From the NCBI GenBank assembly GCA_032718475.1, contig JAUCBJ010008257.1, forward strand, positions 1-64,000: DNA of 64,000 bases, written 5' to 3'. The translations under genes were made by a program, and so were the position numbers. Positions within the stretch are counted from its first letter, which is position 1. The number at the start of each line of letters is the position of its first letter. This document shows, piece by piece, positions 10,928 through 24,585 of this stretch. Under the pieces are notes generated by a model that was not told where the DNA came from, did not search any database, and saw only the letters and a program-made list of their open reading frames with translations. The stretch is from Nemertoderma westbladi. Its lineage: Eukaryota > Animalia > Xenacoelomorpha.

Positions 10928-13598
10928 ATGATGTTTAGAATCCTCAGGCGTCCAAGGAATTACATTAGTTCTAGTTGCAACAGTTCAAGCAGTTACGCAA
11001 CGAGTGTTAATTCTCAAACTCATTCCAAATATATCTCCATTCCAAAAGCCCGCCAAGATGTCGTAGAGGACATCGCATCGATATTAGCGGCAGCGCCCGG
11101 CAGGAATCCCCAAACAGAAACAGCCAGCGAACCCATACCGGTACCGGACTCAAATCTATTAGTGACAGAAATGGGGAAAGCGCAACTAATAGATATAGGT
11201 AAGTGTATTTATTAGGCTGGCTTTTCTGCCAGTTTCTCTGGCCAGAGTTGAGATTGAATATAATTACTATTGTGTTGTTGGGTTGTATGTATGTGTGTAT
11301 GTATTATGTATGTACTCTGTTTCTATAAATACTATATACATTCAGACATTATTTATTATCGGACGGTAATATATTATATATACCATATATACAGATATAT
11401 ATATATCTATATACCATATTGGCACATCACTGCATGGATAATTTTTTTTACGAAAATACAAATCGTCAATCTACAGCGTGTTAATAATAACATGAGGGCC
11501 TTGTCCTCCCACACCCTGTCGAATTACAGTCAATTAAACAGAGCACAAAAATCTAAATGTACGAAATTTAGTTCAATATTGAACAAAAACTTTAAATCAG
11601 ATATATACGTCTGTAAATTGAAACTCGATTATATTTATTCGATATTTCGATATAATATTGAAAATATTTTGTGAAAAATTTAGCTGAACCTGTTCAAATC
11701 GATCGGTGGTACCTGATGTAAATACGGAAATGTTGTTACGTTATGTATTTGTTAACCTGATGGAAATGGTCATCATACTGGAGTGAAATAGTCTATATAG
11801 ATTAGCTCACCATATGTTTTCAATATTAGCGAATCTTTTTAATATGCCACTAACCCATCGCAATTCAGTGTCCTACAACAGATTAAAATCAACCTTTTTA
11901 TTCCAATAATTATCGAACATTCATCATCGGTTTGATTTTTCGATGTTGGTCATTTTACGTCTTATAATAGCGATACATCTCGGCCAATATTATATATTTT
12001 AAGGAAAATTGCTTTCTGGGTTTGCACACCATGCTCTTGAGACCAACTCTGAAAAAAACGATTTATTAGTTACCAACCAATTTTTGCATAATTTTAATTG
12101 ATACTAATTTGTACGTTCTTCTCATAAATAACATATGATATAACATTGAAATTCTGAATAATTTTAAAGTATAATTTTATTATTATTATTTTTTAGCAAT
12201 GAAACGAATAATTGATCCCCTTGCTGTGGATGACGCTTTTGATACTAAAGCGATGGTTTCTATAGGAGATCTATTTAAAGCTCGAGTGCACCTGGGCCAT
12301 AAAGAAGGAGTTCAGGTCTGTTGGACTTACTATATATGCCGGTATTTATCTAACATTGTTCTTAGCTGTGTGAATTAGCAATCCGTACTAATATTACAGT
12401 GGTCATACCGAGTTGGCTCTTGGGGCATGTACCCCACCCCCGGGCCGATAATGGCCTCATATTGACCTGTATTATATACATTCATTTACTCCTACATTTT
12501 GCATTATATTTGTTATATTTAGGACCCCCATTTCTGGCCCTTCGTGTATGGTACTCGTATTAACTTCCACGTGATTGACCTTAATAAGACCCTACCTCGA
12601 CTCCATCTCGCGCTCAACTTTGCCGGCCACATGGCCTACCGGGGCGCCATCATTCTCTTTCTATGTCAGAATCGTCAACACGAACACGAAGTCGTCAAAT
12701 GCGCGTTGTCTTGTCGGGAATTCGTTTACACAAAGCCGTTCTGGAAACCTGGAACTTTTACATACGTGAGTATTGAGTTAATAAACACTGAGCCAAGTAT
12801 TGATTTATTTGCTGCGATACTGTAAAAACAATTATTTGTAGGTAATAAAATATTCAAGGCGACCTAAACTATAGTTTAGTTTATATCTACTATAACTATT
12901 AAACTATAGTTTAGTACGCCTTGGTAATATTACACATTACACATCCTCACAACAATAAGGTGTTGCAGCACTTAAAAATCAGTTTGGATCTCATATTAAT
13001 TGTTTTTGAAAAAGTACAAGTTGCTGCATGAGAATAATAAAAATATTTCGTGAAAATATAAATTGTATATTCTGTGTAATTTAGGCTCAACTTAGACACA
13101 CTGCGCACTGCACTGTGATAAACTGATTAAATCATTTATAATTTACAAGTTCATCTTGTATATCATAACTTTAACTTCTTAGTTTTTTTTATTTTCCAGC
13201 CAAATTTATTGGAGAAGTTGCCCCAACTGTTGATCCTTCTGGGTTTACAAGGCGACACCGCTATTGAGCCTTCCCTGGCTCTCACTGAGGCCTTCAAGAT
13301 GACCATACCCACGATAGGAGTCTGTGACTCCAACTTCGATCCTCGCAGTGTTACATACTGTATCCCTGGCAACGACGACTCACCCACCGCTATCAAATTA
13401 TACTGTCAATTATTCGCCGAGGTTGTCAACAAGGCCAAGGCATTACAAAGCGAACATTGTAGAATACTGCTTGCCAGGGATACCTTGTGGAAGAACTTCT
13501 CACATCAAGAGGATTGGCAATCGATAGATAGTCCCCCCAAACCGAATCACCAAACTAAAATTAGTGACAAACCGAATTATTCAGTTATTTGCAATTAA
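10928..13598 (+). CDS. MRPS2: Mitochondrial 28S ribosomal protein S2; exons 10928-11198, 12197-12315, 12523-12765, 13200-13598
   Basis: GT-AG introns with consistent phases (1,0,0). The product has an Arg-rich targeting N-terminus, LFKARVHLGHK, LHLALNFAGHMAYRGAIILF and IPTIGVCDSNFDPRSVTYCIPGNDDSP, all typical uS2m motifs. Confidence 0.93.
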
Positions 13599-14939
13599 GT
13601 TATATGGATTTTTTTTGTCTCGAGATTCCCGCCGAGTCGCCAAGTTTGGCTCCAATGATATCGGCATGTAAGAAAGAGTTCTGTGTGGTTTAGTGAAAGA
13701 AACAAATCATTTGTGATTTACTCGACATGCTTAGCGTTGCCCGGTGACCTTTTCGGGTATAACCACAGAGTAGAGAGTCACCCGTATAGGAATAGAGAAC
13801 ATATTATAATATCCACAACCGACTGGTTGGTAACTGTAACTTAATTCAATATGTATACAATATATATCAATTACTGTGATAGTGGATAAAAGTATTTTGG
13901 TGCTGAATAAACCCTTAAAATATAATCTGAAAAAAATGTCAGTCAACCTGGACAATTATTTTTGCAAGTACATATTTGTTTATTTTAATTTTGAATAACA
14001 TGTGTTGTCAATTCGTTGAATTCAATTATTTAAATCTACAGTTTTGGGCAACTGTCGATGCGATACTGGGTGAGATTAATTAGGATATAACCAATATATT
14101 TATCTTCTGGTGTAACCGTCACACATATTCAAAAACTTCACTATTTATACTACGGGATTACATTTTTTTCACTGGATCCCGGTTTTTCGATTATACACGT
14201 TATTAAATTGAATTCTTTGGAGTTGAAAATTTAATATTGGGGCGTGATATTAATTCGCCATTCGGGTTTTGCGTCCACTCCCCCCCCCCCCCCCCCCTGT
14301 CTCGCCCTGATGCTCTACTTAAGACCCAAATGACCTTAGATTAATAAAATATTACCTGAAGGTGAAATTAATGTGGCTCATTTGTTAAGGAAAAGTTGAA
14401 CTTGATCTGGAGCAAATCTTGCATTGCACTAATCCATTTCCAATGATATGAGTAAGGTGAGATTAGACAAGGCCAAATCAATAAATTTGATATTTTGGCA
14501 TTTTAATTAATAATACTCAGATTGTATAGGTTATTGTTCTCATTTACAACTACTATTTATCCGTTCTAGAGTTGGTATAAGTTAACTAAAAATATTGTGC
14601 CCTCTCAGTCGCCGGCCTACTCTATAGAAACATGTGTTACCTATACCGAATCCCCCAGAGGGCGAAGGTCTCAGCTGTCAATTATACTTAACAGCTAGGA
14701 ATATTCCCGCCCTCTTATTTATTCGACAGATAAGGAGTTTTTGCGGTTTCGAATATTTGAATTTCTAGTTTAATCTCCATTGTCCTGATAACATTACTAT
14801 TAGTTTTAAGTCACACTTTACGTGGGATAATAAAACAGACTATATAATTTTAACTTAACCGCAGTAATACAAATGTCGAAATACTTAGAGATTCACATTT
14901 TGAAGGAAAGTCCTTGTTAAACTTTGTCATTAGATACAA

Positions 14940-16172
14940 ATGGTTTTATCCGTTTCTAGAACATTAGCCATGGCAATGGAATCTCGGTTGAATAGTGGCG
15001 CCAACCTCATTCACCGAAGCTCGTTGGATATTTCCACCTACTCGTGTTCATTGGACACCTCTAGTGATTCCGGCCTGGGAGACACAGCCAATGACGAGTC
15101 TTCTTTCCGCGCTAGTGCAAAGTCCCTTCCTAGTTCCAACTTTTTGAAACTTTCCACTCGAACTCTAGATACCGTTAGATGCGATTATCTTTCGAGTCTC
15201 ACTTCACGACTACCTCTGGGTCTAATATTCACAATTATCGCGGCGCTTCTGTTTCAAAGCAGCGCAATTTTAGTTCTAGTTCTTAGCTACATACCTCCTG
15301 GGGAACACATCCTAATACGGGGAACCATCCTCTTCCTCACAACCATCCCCATCATGATCAACAAACGCGTTCGCTTTAACGGCTTCGCACCACGACTCAC
15401 CTACTTGGTGCTCGCCTGCTACGGTTTCTTCGGTGTCGTCTCCCAACTGTGTCTCTACTTCGCGGTCCAGAGGATGCCCTACTCCGAGGCCAACGTCATC
15501 CTTTCCAGCGCTCCGGTATTCACCGGATTCCTAGCGTGGGTCCTTCTTCGAGAACGTCCAACCGGTACCGATTGTTTGAGCGCCGTTATAACACTAGCGG
15601 GCGTGGTTCTTATACTCAGACCTGACTCGTTATTCGGTGGTGTCACCGATGCAGAGGAATCAGTTTTCCCGCATCACAAAGAAGCCGCAATTTTAGCCAC
15701 TTCAGGTGCTTTCGCATTAGCAATTGCATTTATTTGTTTAGGAAAATTAAATAAAATTAGCGATGGTAATTTACACTTTACATTGCCGATGTTGGTATTT
15801 AGTGTGTTTTGTATTGTCGAAGGGTTAACTTTGACTCTGGTGCTAAAAGATTACCGGTTGGTGCGGTGTCACAATTGGGATCGCCTTCTCTCGGTTCTCG
15901 TGGGAGTTCTTTCGACTATCGGGGAGGTCTTTCTAACTCGGGCGTTGCAGTTGGAGAAACCAACGATCGTTGCGGTAACTCGAACTGTCGAGGTGATATT
16001 CGCGACTCTATTCCAATCATTACTCTTTGTCGATATGACTCGTCTGTTGCCATGGTTCAGTTGGGTCGGAATATGCATGATTACGGTTGCTGTGACGATA
16101 CTATCAATACGAAAATTAGTCACGGAATCTCGAATGCGGTCATCTGGAAATAACAGGTTACAACTTGAATAG
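14940..16172 (+). CDS. SLC35G-like EamA/DMT-family transporter (single exon, 410 aa)
   Basis: About ten hydrophobic segments in two EamA-like repeats: LYFAVQRMPYSEANVILSSAPVFTGFLAWVLLRER and FLTRALQLEKPTIVAVTRTVEVIFA. Confidence 0.85.
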   Translation: MVLSVSRTLAMAMESRLNSGANLIHRSSLDISTYSCSLDTSSDSGLGDTANDESSFRASAKSLPSSNFLKLSTRTLDTVRCDYLSSLTSRLPLGLIFTIIAALLFQSSAILVLVLSYIPPGEHILIRGTILFLTTIPIMINKRVRFNGFAPRLTYLVLACYGFFGVVSQLCLYFAVQRMPYSEANVILSSAPVFTGFLAWVLLRERPTGTDCLSAVITLAGVVLILRPDSLFGGVTDAEESVFPHHKEAAILATSGAFALAIAFICLGKLNKISDGNLHFTLPMLVFSVFCIVEGLTLTLVLKDYRLVRCHNWDRLLSVLVGVLSTIGEVFLTRALQLEKPTIVAVTRTVEVIFATLFQSLLFVDMTRLLPWFSWVGICMITVAVTILSIRKLVTESRMRSSGNNRLQLE

Positions 16173-16544
16173 TTTATTTGTACGTATACTGTATTATTAT
16201 GTATGGTTCATAGCATTGTGTACCTAAACTTAATGTTAGATTAGTGATTAAAAGTAAACCGTAGTCTGCCATTATTGTGAAGGTATTTTTTATGCTACAG
16301 TAAATATTTATTGATGCTTCTTTTTGCCTTTTATATTATAATGGTACTATGTGCTATTGAAGGGCTGATTTTTTTCCCTACAACTACTACAGTACGATCG
16401 GCATAGTACATTGCTGTTTCTTTCAGTCTGTGTAAGACAGGTTCGTTCAAAGCCATCTTGATGGCGTTCTACTTAATAAAAAAACAATCGGCGTAGTTTA
16501 GCCTGCATTAATAAATCGTAAAATACTATCACTACTACTACGAT

Positions 16545-16965
16545 TGGCGTGCTGCATTGCAGCTGCATTATATATATATATTACATATCTATTAAGAATG
16601 ATGTGCCGACTTGTCGACAAAATTGCGCCGCCACAACTCCCTATCACCCATGACATTGGCTAGATTATCCGCATCTTCAAGGCCGGTGTCCTTTAAGATG
16701 CGTCTCAAGAAAGTCATGGGCTGTCCACCATGCTTATTCACTTCCATGAGGCTGCCAAAGTACAAGATTATGCACTGGCTGGTCCTCACGGCGAAAGCAA
16801 TGTCCTGCAAAGCGGAGGCTGATTTTGTTCTAGTGTCAAGCTTGGGGGAACCAATGAGACACCTCCAATGTTATATAGTGTCTGGTTGGAGATGTGTGCA
16901 TTGTACTTGACACAATGAACCCGGCGCAGCATTCTTGCGAAAATGCCATCCAAAGATTTGGTATC
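16545..16965 (-). mobile_element. RTE LINE 3' end fragment
   Basis: Matches the reverse complement of about 42535-42935, including the stop codon and short 3' UTR. Confidence 0.85.
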
Positions 16966-17589
16966 CTATTTTTTTCCTCATGAAGGCCTGTGACCTATAC
17001 AAATGATAGGGTCTTGATTTGAGTCAATGGCGCAAAATGACCACATACACAACATCAATTTTAGTGTGTTTTAAAAATTAGTTTCATTTAATTATAAACA
17101 TTAAGGGAAAGGAGAAGGCTGCAGTGGCGGTGTTTTCTAACCAAAACAATAAACTATACATTTGCGCTGAAGATCACTATTTTCACTTGCGGTCAATGTT
17201 GGCCACTATCTGCTTGATTTTCATACCCAACCATGACTTTATTATAGATATCTTTACTAAGTTATGTCAATGTCATGCCCGATCCGCATACCCTACCCTA
17301 CTACAGTAATTGGATGTTAATTTGTGTTTGAAATTTAAAATTTATACCACATATATATGGCATACTGTATGGCTGATTGAGTTTTCTTATTTTATGTTCC
17401 TGTTCCCATTTCCGAAATTTCGTTGCAAAAAATGCGATTTGTAAATTTTTACAAAACAAATATTTATTGAACTTTTATACATTATATACAATAATGAAAA
17501 CAATATTAATAACTATAAAATAATACCGGCAAATATATTAAAAGGTGTAAACTTATAAGAGACCAGCCATTAAAAATTTGTAAATTTGT

Positions 17590-17820
17590 AGGTCAGTCCA
17601 GCTGAAGCCGGAGGTGACCCGAAGGCTCCTCTTTCGATAGCTACTATACCCGTACCCGAGGGTAGGGGTGACCTATCCTAATTTTCCTCCCAGTCATTCA
17701 ACTGGTCCCCATTTTATCGACCATTGTAGATGAAGGGATGAGTGAATTGACCATGGCGGGGCTCGAACCTACAACCAATAGATTATAAGCCCGGCGCTAA
17801 TCTAACTGAACTTCCCCGCC
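17590..17820 (-). mobile_element. tRNA-derived SINE (second family)
   Basis: Minus strand: GGCGGGGAAGTTCAGTTAG (A-box-like), GGTTCGAGCCC (B box), core GGTCGATAAAATGGGGACCAG, tail hairpin GAGGAGCCTTCGGGTCACCTC. Confidence 0.65.
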
Positions 17821-18156
17821 TTCTTTCCAAAATGTATAAAACCTCGGAAACCACTGATATCGTTTGTCTAAGTTTGTAGCGTAAATTTATAATGAACTAA
17901 GTCAAACATTCCTAAAACGTTACATCTACTCAGCATATGTGATAAACCAAGCGTAATATTATTGTCCAACAAACCGCCATTTAATTAATACATATAGAGT
18001 AGAGTCCAGTAATCTATTACGCAAAAAATATAAGTAATATATCATATGAATTACTGGGGGTAAGTAAAAGCCTACTGTGCGTATGTATGTATGTATGTTG
18101 TGTAGGTGTATGTTTGTATGTGGCTTGTACTAATACTTAATACTGCGCATTATTAA

Positions 18157-18432
18157 GACGGGTTTACTACACGTGGTAACTTTTTGAGCAGCTTGGGAGA
18201 AACTCAGTTTGCCGATCATGTTGCTCCGTGTAATACACGAAGTTGTTGTAAAACAAAAGTTGCCACGACGTTTAAACTGTGAATAAGTTGTTCAAAATTG
18301 ACTTACTATTTGCTGACCAAGTTACCAAAAAAGTTGCCACTCCATAGACACGTTTACACTACGAACAAGTTATGTTGTTCAAAATTAAGTTGCTGAAAAA
18401 GTTGCCCAAAAAGTTCCCAAATGTAAACCGGC
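18157..18432. mobile_element. MITE, Harbinger-like
   Basis: Imperfect TIRs GACGGGTTTAC / GTAAACCGGCC, TA-containing flanks and repeated internal AAGTTGC motifs. Confidence 0.4.
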
Positions 18433-18918
18433 CTACACACACAGTTAGGTAAATTTCTCTAAACTCTCAGGATTTAAAATCGGCCTACTGTCTGATTATC
18501 CAATTACAAGGCCATTTTATTGCAAACCCAGTAGGCCTACAGTATATCCATAAATTTTCATTTCGTTTTTCGGACATCTCTATAAGGGAAGTTTCGGTTT
18601 AGAACGGTGCAGAAAATTTGGAGTTTGTCACTTTCATGATCCAATCTGTGAATTCTTACGAAGACTTGTCAGTACGAAGATAAGCTATTGGATAAATTAG
18701 CCAAGCAATAACTATGTTTTGGATGGAAACTTTGTAGAGATACACAGGTTTGGATCGCAAAACATATTTACTTTTCTTCAATCAAATGCTTAACAAATTT
18801 GCAGACAGACGCAGAACAGTCCCCTGTGTCGATTGATAGATAAAACTTGATATTCACCAAAACTGGGTTTTGCTGGTAAGAAAAGACATTTGTACATTAT
18901 GAGGCGATTTAGATATTG

Positions 18919-19647
18919 TCACGTATCAAAAAATTCACCACCGTCGTCATCATTACTTCTGTTTACGCTTATTTGTTGTTTGTTAATATCGTCAAGTTCA
19001 AGAAATACTTTATTTTTGTTGCTATCTTTAACTTTCTGACGATATTGGAAGAGTTGATGAAGAATCACGCCATAGGCGATAGCTGTGACAACAAATAGAC
19101 TCATGGGAATTAAAACGGCTACGAGTAGTTCCTTCATATTGTCGTGTTTATTTGCGACAACCTGGTAGGGTTTCTCCGGGTCATAGAAACAGGGAAATCT
19201 GCCGGTAATGTTACCGTATTTACGCACAAAAGTTTCAACTATTCCATCGTTTCTTTCAATATCTTTGTAGCAAGAGAACGCGGAACACTTGCTATAGTAC
19301 TTGTCTATAACAACGTCATCTCGATGGAGCATACTAGTTAACGTTCTGTGAGCTGTCAGGTTGATGTGTACCACATAGGTGACGGTAATCACGTAACATT
19401 TGAATTCTCCCCAACATTGCCGACCGCAGTGGCAACTTTCCAACTGTTGCTTTTTCGTTCTGTTTCTGGTCGTGCATTCTGTCTCGACAGAGAATCTTCG
19501 GCCGTTCAGGGCTGGTTTCGCGACGACTATTCCAGCAGTGACCACGATTACGATACTCAATACGACGCCAACTGCCAGTATATAGACCACCAATTGGTAT
19601 CTCCAGATAGTACGGTCTGACATACTAAAATCTATCATTGTGCTCAT
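18919..19647 (-). CDS. Calcium-activated potassium (BK) channel beta-subunit-like protein (CaKB/KCNMB family), single exon
   Basis: Two TM helices flank a Cys-rich loop: ETECTT...CHCGRQC...FKCYVITV...KCSAFSC...FPCFYDP. The topology and Cys spacing match KCNMB subunits. Confidence 0.75.
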   Translation of the reverse strand: MSTMIDFSMSDRTIWRYQLVVYILAVGVVLSIVIVVTAGIVVAKPALNGRRFSVETECTTRNRTKKQQLESCHCGRQCWGEFKCYVITVTYVVHINLTAHRTLTSMLHRDDVVIDKYYSKCSAFSCYKDIERNDGIVETFVRKYGNITGRFPCFYDPEKPYQVVANKHDNMKELLVAVLIPMSLFVVTAIAYGVILHQLFQYRQKVKDSNKNKVFLELDDINKQQISVNRSNDDDGGEFFDT

Positions 19648-20411
19648 TCCGAATATTAAATGTTATTGGAAGTCACTTTATGAAATAATTTCGATTTAAT
19701 TGACAAACCAATAGTAGTTGTAAAAGATTCAGAACTACAGTATGTTAATTATTCGATAATCCGTTTTATAATAATATATTATAAAGCCCTATTATTACTG
19801 TAATGTAAGGGGGGCAGTAATTTATTGCTATATGCAACCTAATTAATTGAAATGTCATAAAAATTCGATTAGTCAATGCTCCATGATATATTACAGGATT
19901 TATAATTTCAGACCGTAGGCTACTCAACTCACTCTACCCAGATTCCAGATATGCATAATGCAGAGAGATACTTACTGTATGTAATGATACCGGTATGTAT
20001 TATGCATATAATTTATTATTATAATGTTGACCCAGGGAATAGATGCAATTATTGTAAATGTCTACCCTTGCCAAACTACCGTATTGTATCGAACGTTTAC
20101 TGTTGTATACGGAACCTTAGTAGATGTACATTAGTTTACCAGAAGGGTGAATATTTAATTGGTCTGGTAATAAGTTTAGTGAAATATCTGACAACGACTT
20201 GTGATTTATATTTGTTTGACTCTTTGTTATCGATTAAATGAGAAAGACTTTTAATTAACAGATGCCGCCGTTTGAGCCAGTTTGTGATTAAATCCCTTAA
20301 AACGGACTGCCGGAACGCTTGTTACGGATATTTTTTTTTAAAGAAATTGTTGAATGTTATTAAAATTATTGAAAATACAAATTTGTAAAATTTATATCAG
20401 CTTGCTTAATG

Positions 20412-20660
20412 AGACAGGGGGTGGGGGAAAACTGGACGCAAATCCCATCTTGGCGAATTATTATCCCGCCTCAATGTTAAATTCTCAATTTAGGGAAAGG
20501 AGCAGGTTATAGTGGCACGTTATTTTAACCAAAACAATAAACTAAACACAACAGAACAGGTTACAGTTTTATTTTTGAGAGTAATCAGCTGTTATTTGCG
20601 TCGAATTTACCATGGAGAGGGATGCATTTTTATTGCGTCCAGTTTCCCCCCCCCCCCTAC
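20412..20660. mobile_element. MITE of a dispersed Mutator-like family
   Basis: Inverted ends GGGGGAAAACTGGACGCAA / TTGCGTCCAGTTTCCCCC. The internal AACCAAAACAATAAAC motif is shared with 17139, 22800-22880, 24895, 52183 and 62705-63087. Confidence 0.5.
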
Positions 20661-23600
20661 AGTATCTGGCATAAATATACTTTCCTAATGAAGAAAACCT
20701 CTCCGTAAATATGAATTTGAAATGATGTATCTCTAATTATTTTATTTTTACTAAAATATAATATAATTTTTACAATTTCATAGAAGCTAACATTGTGAAT
20801 AACAATGTATTGTAGAGTACCTACTGTATACACCCTACGGTAATGTGTCGTAAGATTCTTATCGAGTTTTGAGAGATTGCCCTTGTGCTGCTTTGAAGTA
20901 GCAACAACTACGCAGATACTCCGCTACCCTAAGGTACATAGTTTAATCCACTACTACGGGTAAATATTTCCGCGGGTCAATAATATTCCTGTGCGAAACA
21001 GTTTAGTTAATGGCCTTTTTCCCGAAACCGAATCTATTGCGTCCTGGAAATAATGTCTGTGATTTTATGCCGGACAATGAATACCAGGTGGTATTTATAC
21101 ACGTGTAACAACACAGTGATGAAAATAATGTTATGACAATTGCACTTATACAACGACTGTTTAACCAATACTCTACATCTATCCATACGGTGCCTACAAA
21201 AAGGTCATCTTACACTATACTGTACTGTGATATAACTACAGTATTTTTGCGTCTTAAATGCTATGGAATGAATAAATAGTAATGAAAAAAAATTGAATTG
21301 CAACAAGAAATATAAATTAACATTAAGGTATCTACTGTACAGTATTTATTTTTTTATTAGCTCGGTGTCATCCAATATATTAATAGCAAGGTTGATGTGA
21401 ACTTTAGCTGGGCCTGACTACTGAGTACTGTTACTGTTGTTGATGGATGAAACTGACAGCTGCTGCTGATCTGTAATTATACCCCAGACTCGGATATTAA
21501 TATCCTTCCACTCTAATTATGCCGCCGCGTTAGGAAGAGTACATACGATAGGGAGCGTACCAACCAAGGGATGTAACTGTATTGATTAGTCGGTTATTTT
21601 ACGTTGCTGTTTAAGTGTGGGGCGAGCCACGATAGTAAGCGACCTTAAAATGAGGGTACCACTACCACAATCGGTGTGTTTGCCGTTCTGTCGCGTCCAA
21701 TATTTAAACGTTAATAACCAAACTTGGTACAAATTCCACGTAGAATTTACATGTTGACTTCGAGAAGGTAAGATAAAATCGTATAATTAGTTAATTATAT
21801 TATGTTAATTTCAGTATTATTAAATTAATGGCTGGAATCCCCATAGCCCAATCCATTATAAGCCTTTAAATAGTTCAGGTGATTTACGTTAAGAGATGTG
21901 TTTTTAATTGCTCTAAACCTACAGTAATTTAACTTAAAATTCACCTTCTCTTAATGTTGTTTTTATCTTCCCATATAGGTCTACTGTATAAGGATTTAAT
22001 CCAAATCTGTCCGCACCGCATTACTATCGATCAATGGTGCTATTTTGCCTGGTTGGGAGGCATTGGAAAGCGAGTATTGTACAAACACCGAGAAACGGTA
22101 TAAAAGCATAGTTTATGCCGGTGATAGCAGACACTCAATTATTTATACCGCTACACGAAGACTTACCTAGACTTAGTGGCTCTTCAAATAAATATAAAAT
22201 TACGTTAATAAAAAAATTGTACATAGAAATAAATCAGTACCTGGACCGGCCCGGATACGATTACTGTTCCTGACAGAATTTCCTTCTTCCAACTCCATTC
22301 AAGGTACCGTTTGTTACTATTATAGCTTGGGGTGCTTCATTTTTATTCTACACTCAATAATAACCTTATATCATATTATCTTATAGTTACAGGAAAAATC
22401 GGAAAATTAAAATTTATAGGTGGGATTATGGGATTGAACCCGGTATCTCGAATTCCAATTCCAATGGTTACTATAGGTTTCGCTACGCGCTACACGGACC
22501 GGTGTACAAGGCTGAGATTATTCCCTCTTGAAATGACTCCTCAGTCGTCTCAGTCTAGGCTGAGAACATGCCTCAGTCGTCTCAGTCTAGGCCGACTAAC
22601 ACTCCCCAGTTTTACTCACCTAACACTGACACCTTAGGCTGAGATGACTCCCCAAATTGCGAAAAACCCTACAAATAATTATATCTTAAAGTTAAATCCC
22701 GATGGCTGCCTTTCTCAATATTAAATAATTATATTAAATACTGTAGTTACAAAAGCCCTATTCTGGTACCTGCTCTTTTTTCACATTTTGTATTGTAAAC
22801 TGTTTATTGTTTTGGTTAGCCTACCCTGTAACCTACCCCTTTCCCCCAATTGGTAATTTTATCGTTTATTGTTTTGGTTAGTAAAGACCGTCTATGTAAC
22901 CTGCTCCTTTCTCTTAATTGAAGAAATGCATACATAAAAAGTCATTCTGCGGACAACAAAAGTATTATGCAAAATTCATAAAAAATGGCGGACAAAAAAG
23001 TCAAATGAACGGAAATAAAAAAATCATTGCCAAAAAGTACTATGCTTATTTATGCTGCCAGTACAATTTTTTGCAACAAGATCTGTAGATAGAGGGGAAT
23101 TATCTCAGCCTAAGGGGGCTTACTTTCGATTTTAGGGTGGTTCTGTTGTAGGCGAGTACTGCTGTAGTTCAGCAGTACACAAGTCAGCGAGTCGCAGGTA
23201 GTAGCTGGAACTATGTTTAATGTTTAAGGTATTAGAAAGCCTAAGCTTGTTGAACCTGTACAAGTAAAATCAACAATCGAACAATAATACAAAATAAATC
23301 TAAGTACGTTGATATATGTAAATAAGTTATGTTAGAACTAGTACATAAATTATATTTAAAATAGCATATGTAATGGTTAAAATCTGGTTAAAACTACTAG
23401 TTCGCGAATAATAGTTAAAAAAAAAAAGTTTAACCTCTAAGTAAAATAATTATATGTTGAATAAAAATTGGAGGATCAGTAGATTACACTAAAAGGTTTT
23501 ACATATAATAGGTATAACATATCTTTGAATTCATAGAGATTATTTAAAACCTCGTTTGTAAAAAAAGGTTTGTTAAAAAATGAAATAAAATTAATTAAAA

Positions 23601-23997
23601 ATATAAAAAATATATGATAAAACAACGAATGAAAGTTGGTGTTGTAATTAAAAATTTAAAAATATATGATAGAACATAGTTGGTGCTGTAATTGAAAATT
23701 TAAAAATATATGATAAAACAACGAATGAAAGTTGGTGTTGTAATTAAAAAATCTATCTGCAGACCAGCAGACTGCAGATCTGAGTCTGAGCGGTGCTGCG
23801 TCTGCGTGATGGCTGATAGCTGAGTCTGTACAGTACAGCTGTAACGCAGTACTGTAGTAGGCCTACCGTAATGCACAACCATCAGTCCATGGGTACAACT
23901 ATAGCAGTATAGTACCGGTACCTATGGCCTCTTTTCTTTGTCCTTTAAAATTATTCATTATATGGTTGTTGTAGTAACTTAGTATCGTAGTACCGGT

Positions 23998-24585
23998 ATG
24001 TTACTTCACTCTGGAATACTTCTTGCCTTGTTACCTACTTGGTTGGTAACCTTCGTAACAGCAGCCTACGGTATTTATGGCGGTGAACTCGAACTATTAC
24101 AGTCATTCAGCGGTACCGTAACTGGTGGGAATCTGACTTATTACCAATTAAACATGGAAGGTAACATAGTCATCCAGTTAGAAAGTACCCATGGCGACGC
24201 AGATATCTATGTATCTTCCAAAAACATTCCATATCCCGATACGACCCACTATGATTTGTCATCATGGACCTGTGGACAGGATATTGTTACCATACCCTGG
24301 ACTTTAGATAGGCCTATCTCCATCGGCATATACGGTTACGAAGTATTCCCAATGAGCCACTTTACTTTGACTCTGTATTCGGGGTCATTGGATCCCTATG
24401 TTGTTGAAGAGACAGAATCTATTGAGGAGAGCGATGGTAAACCCGAGAAGGATTCCGGTAGTAGTGGTTCCCGCAGGAGGTCTTACGATACAAACCCCCG
24501 ATACGGTGGTGAAGACGACTCGGATTCTATTATTTGGAACGTTTTTGTAACGATCGTTAAAGTTTTATTGGAAGCTCTTGTTTAA
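23998..24585 (+). CDS. C6orf120: UPF0669 / C6orf120 homolog (signal peptide, single exon)
   Basis: Signal peptide, GNLTYYQL, LESTHGDADIYVS, YDLSSWTCGQDIVTIP, RPISIGIYG, and a C-terminal IIWNVFVTIVKVLLEALV characteristic of the family. Confidence 0.85.
   Translation: MLLHSGILLALLPTWLVTFVTAAYGIYGGELELLQSFSGTVTGGNLTYYQLNMEGNIVIQLESTHGDADIYVSSKNIPYPDTTHYDLSSWTCGQDIVTIPWTLDRPISIGIYGYEVFPMSHFTLTLYSGSLDPYVVEETESIEESDGKPEKDSGSSGSRRRSYDTNPRYGGEDDSDSIIWNVFVTIVKVLLEALV

Noticed and set aside
17600-17650. Hammerhead ribozyme (CTGAAG...GAA)
   Set aside because: The core CUGANGA/GAAA and three stems cannot be assembled; better explained as a SINE tail.
21360-22170. Exon-like segments with good splice signals (AAG|GTAAG at 21768, TAG|GT at 21979) and ILPGWEAL peptide
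   Set aside because: Stops in every frame tried and no recognisable family; may be a non-coding or decayed gene.
22415-22500. B-box-like GGGATTGAACCC fragments (also at about 29915)
   Set aside because: Likely SINE head remnants, but too short to delimit.
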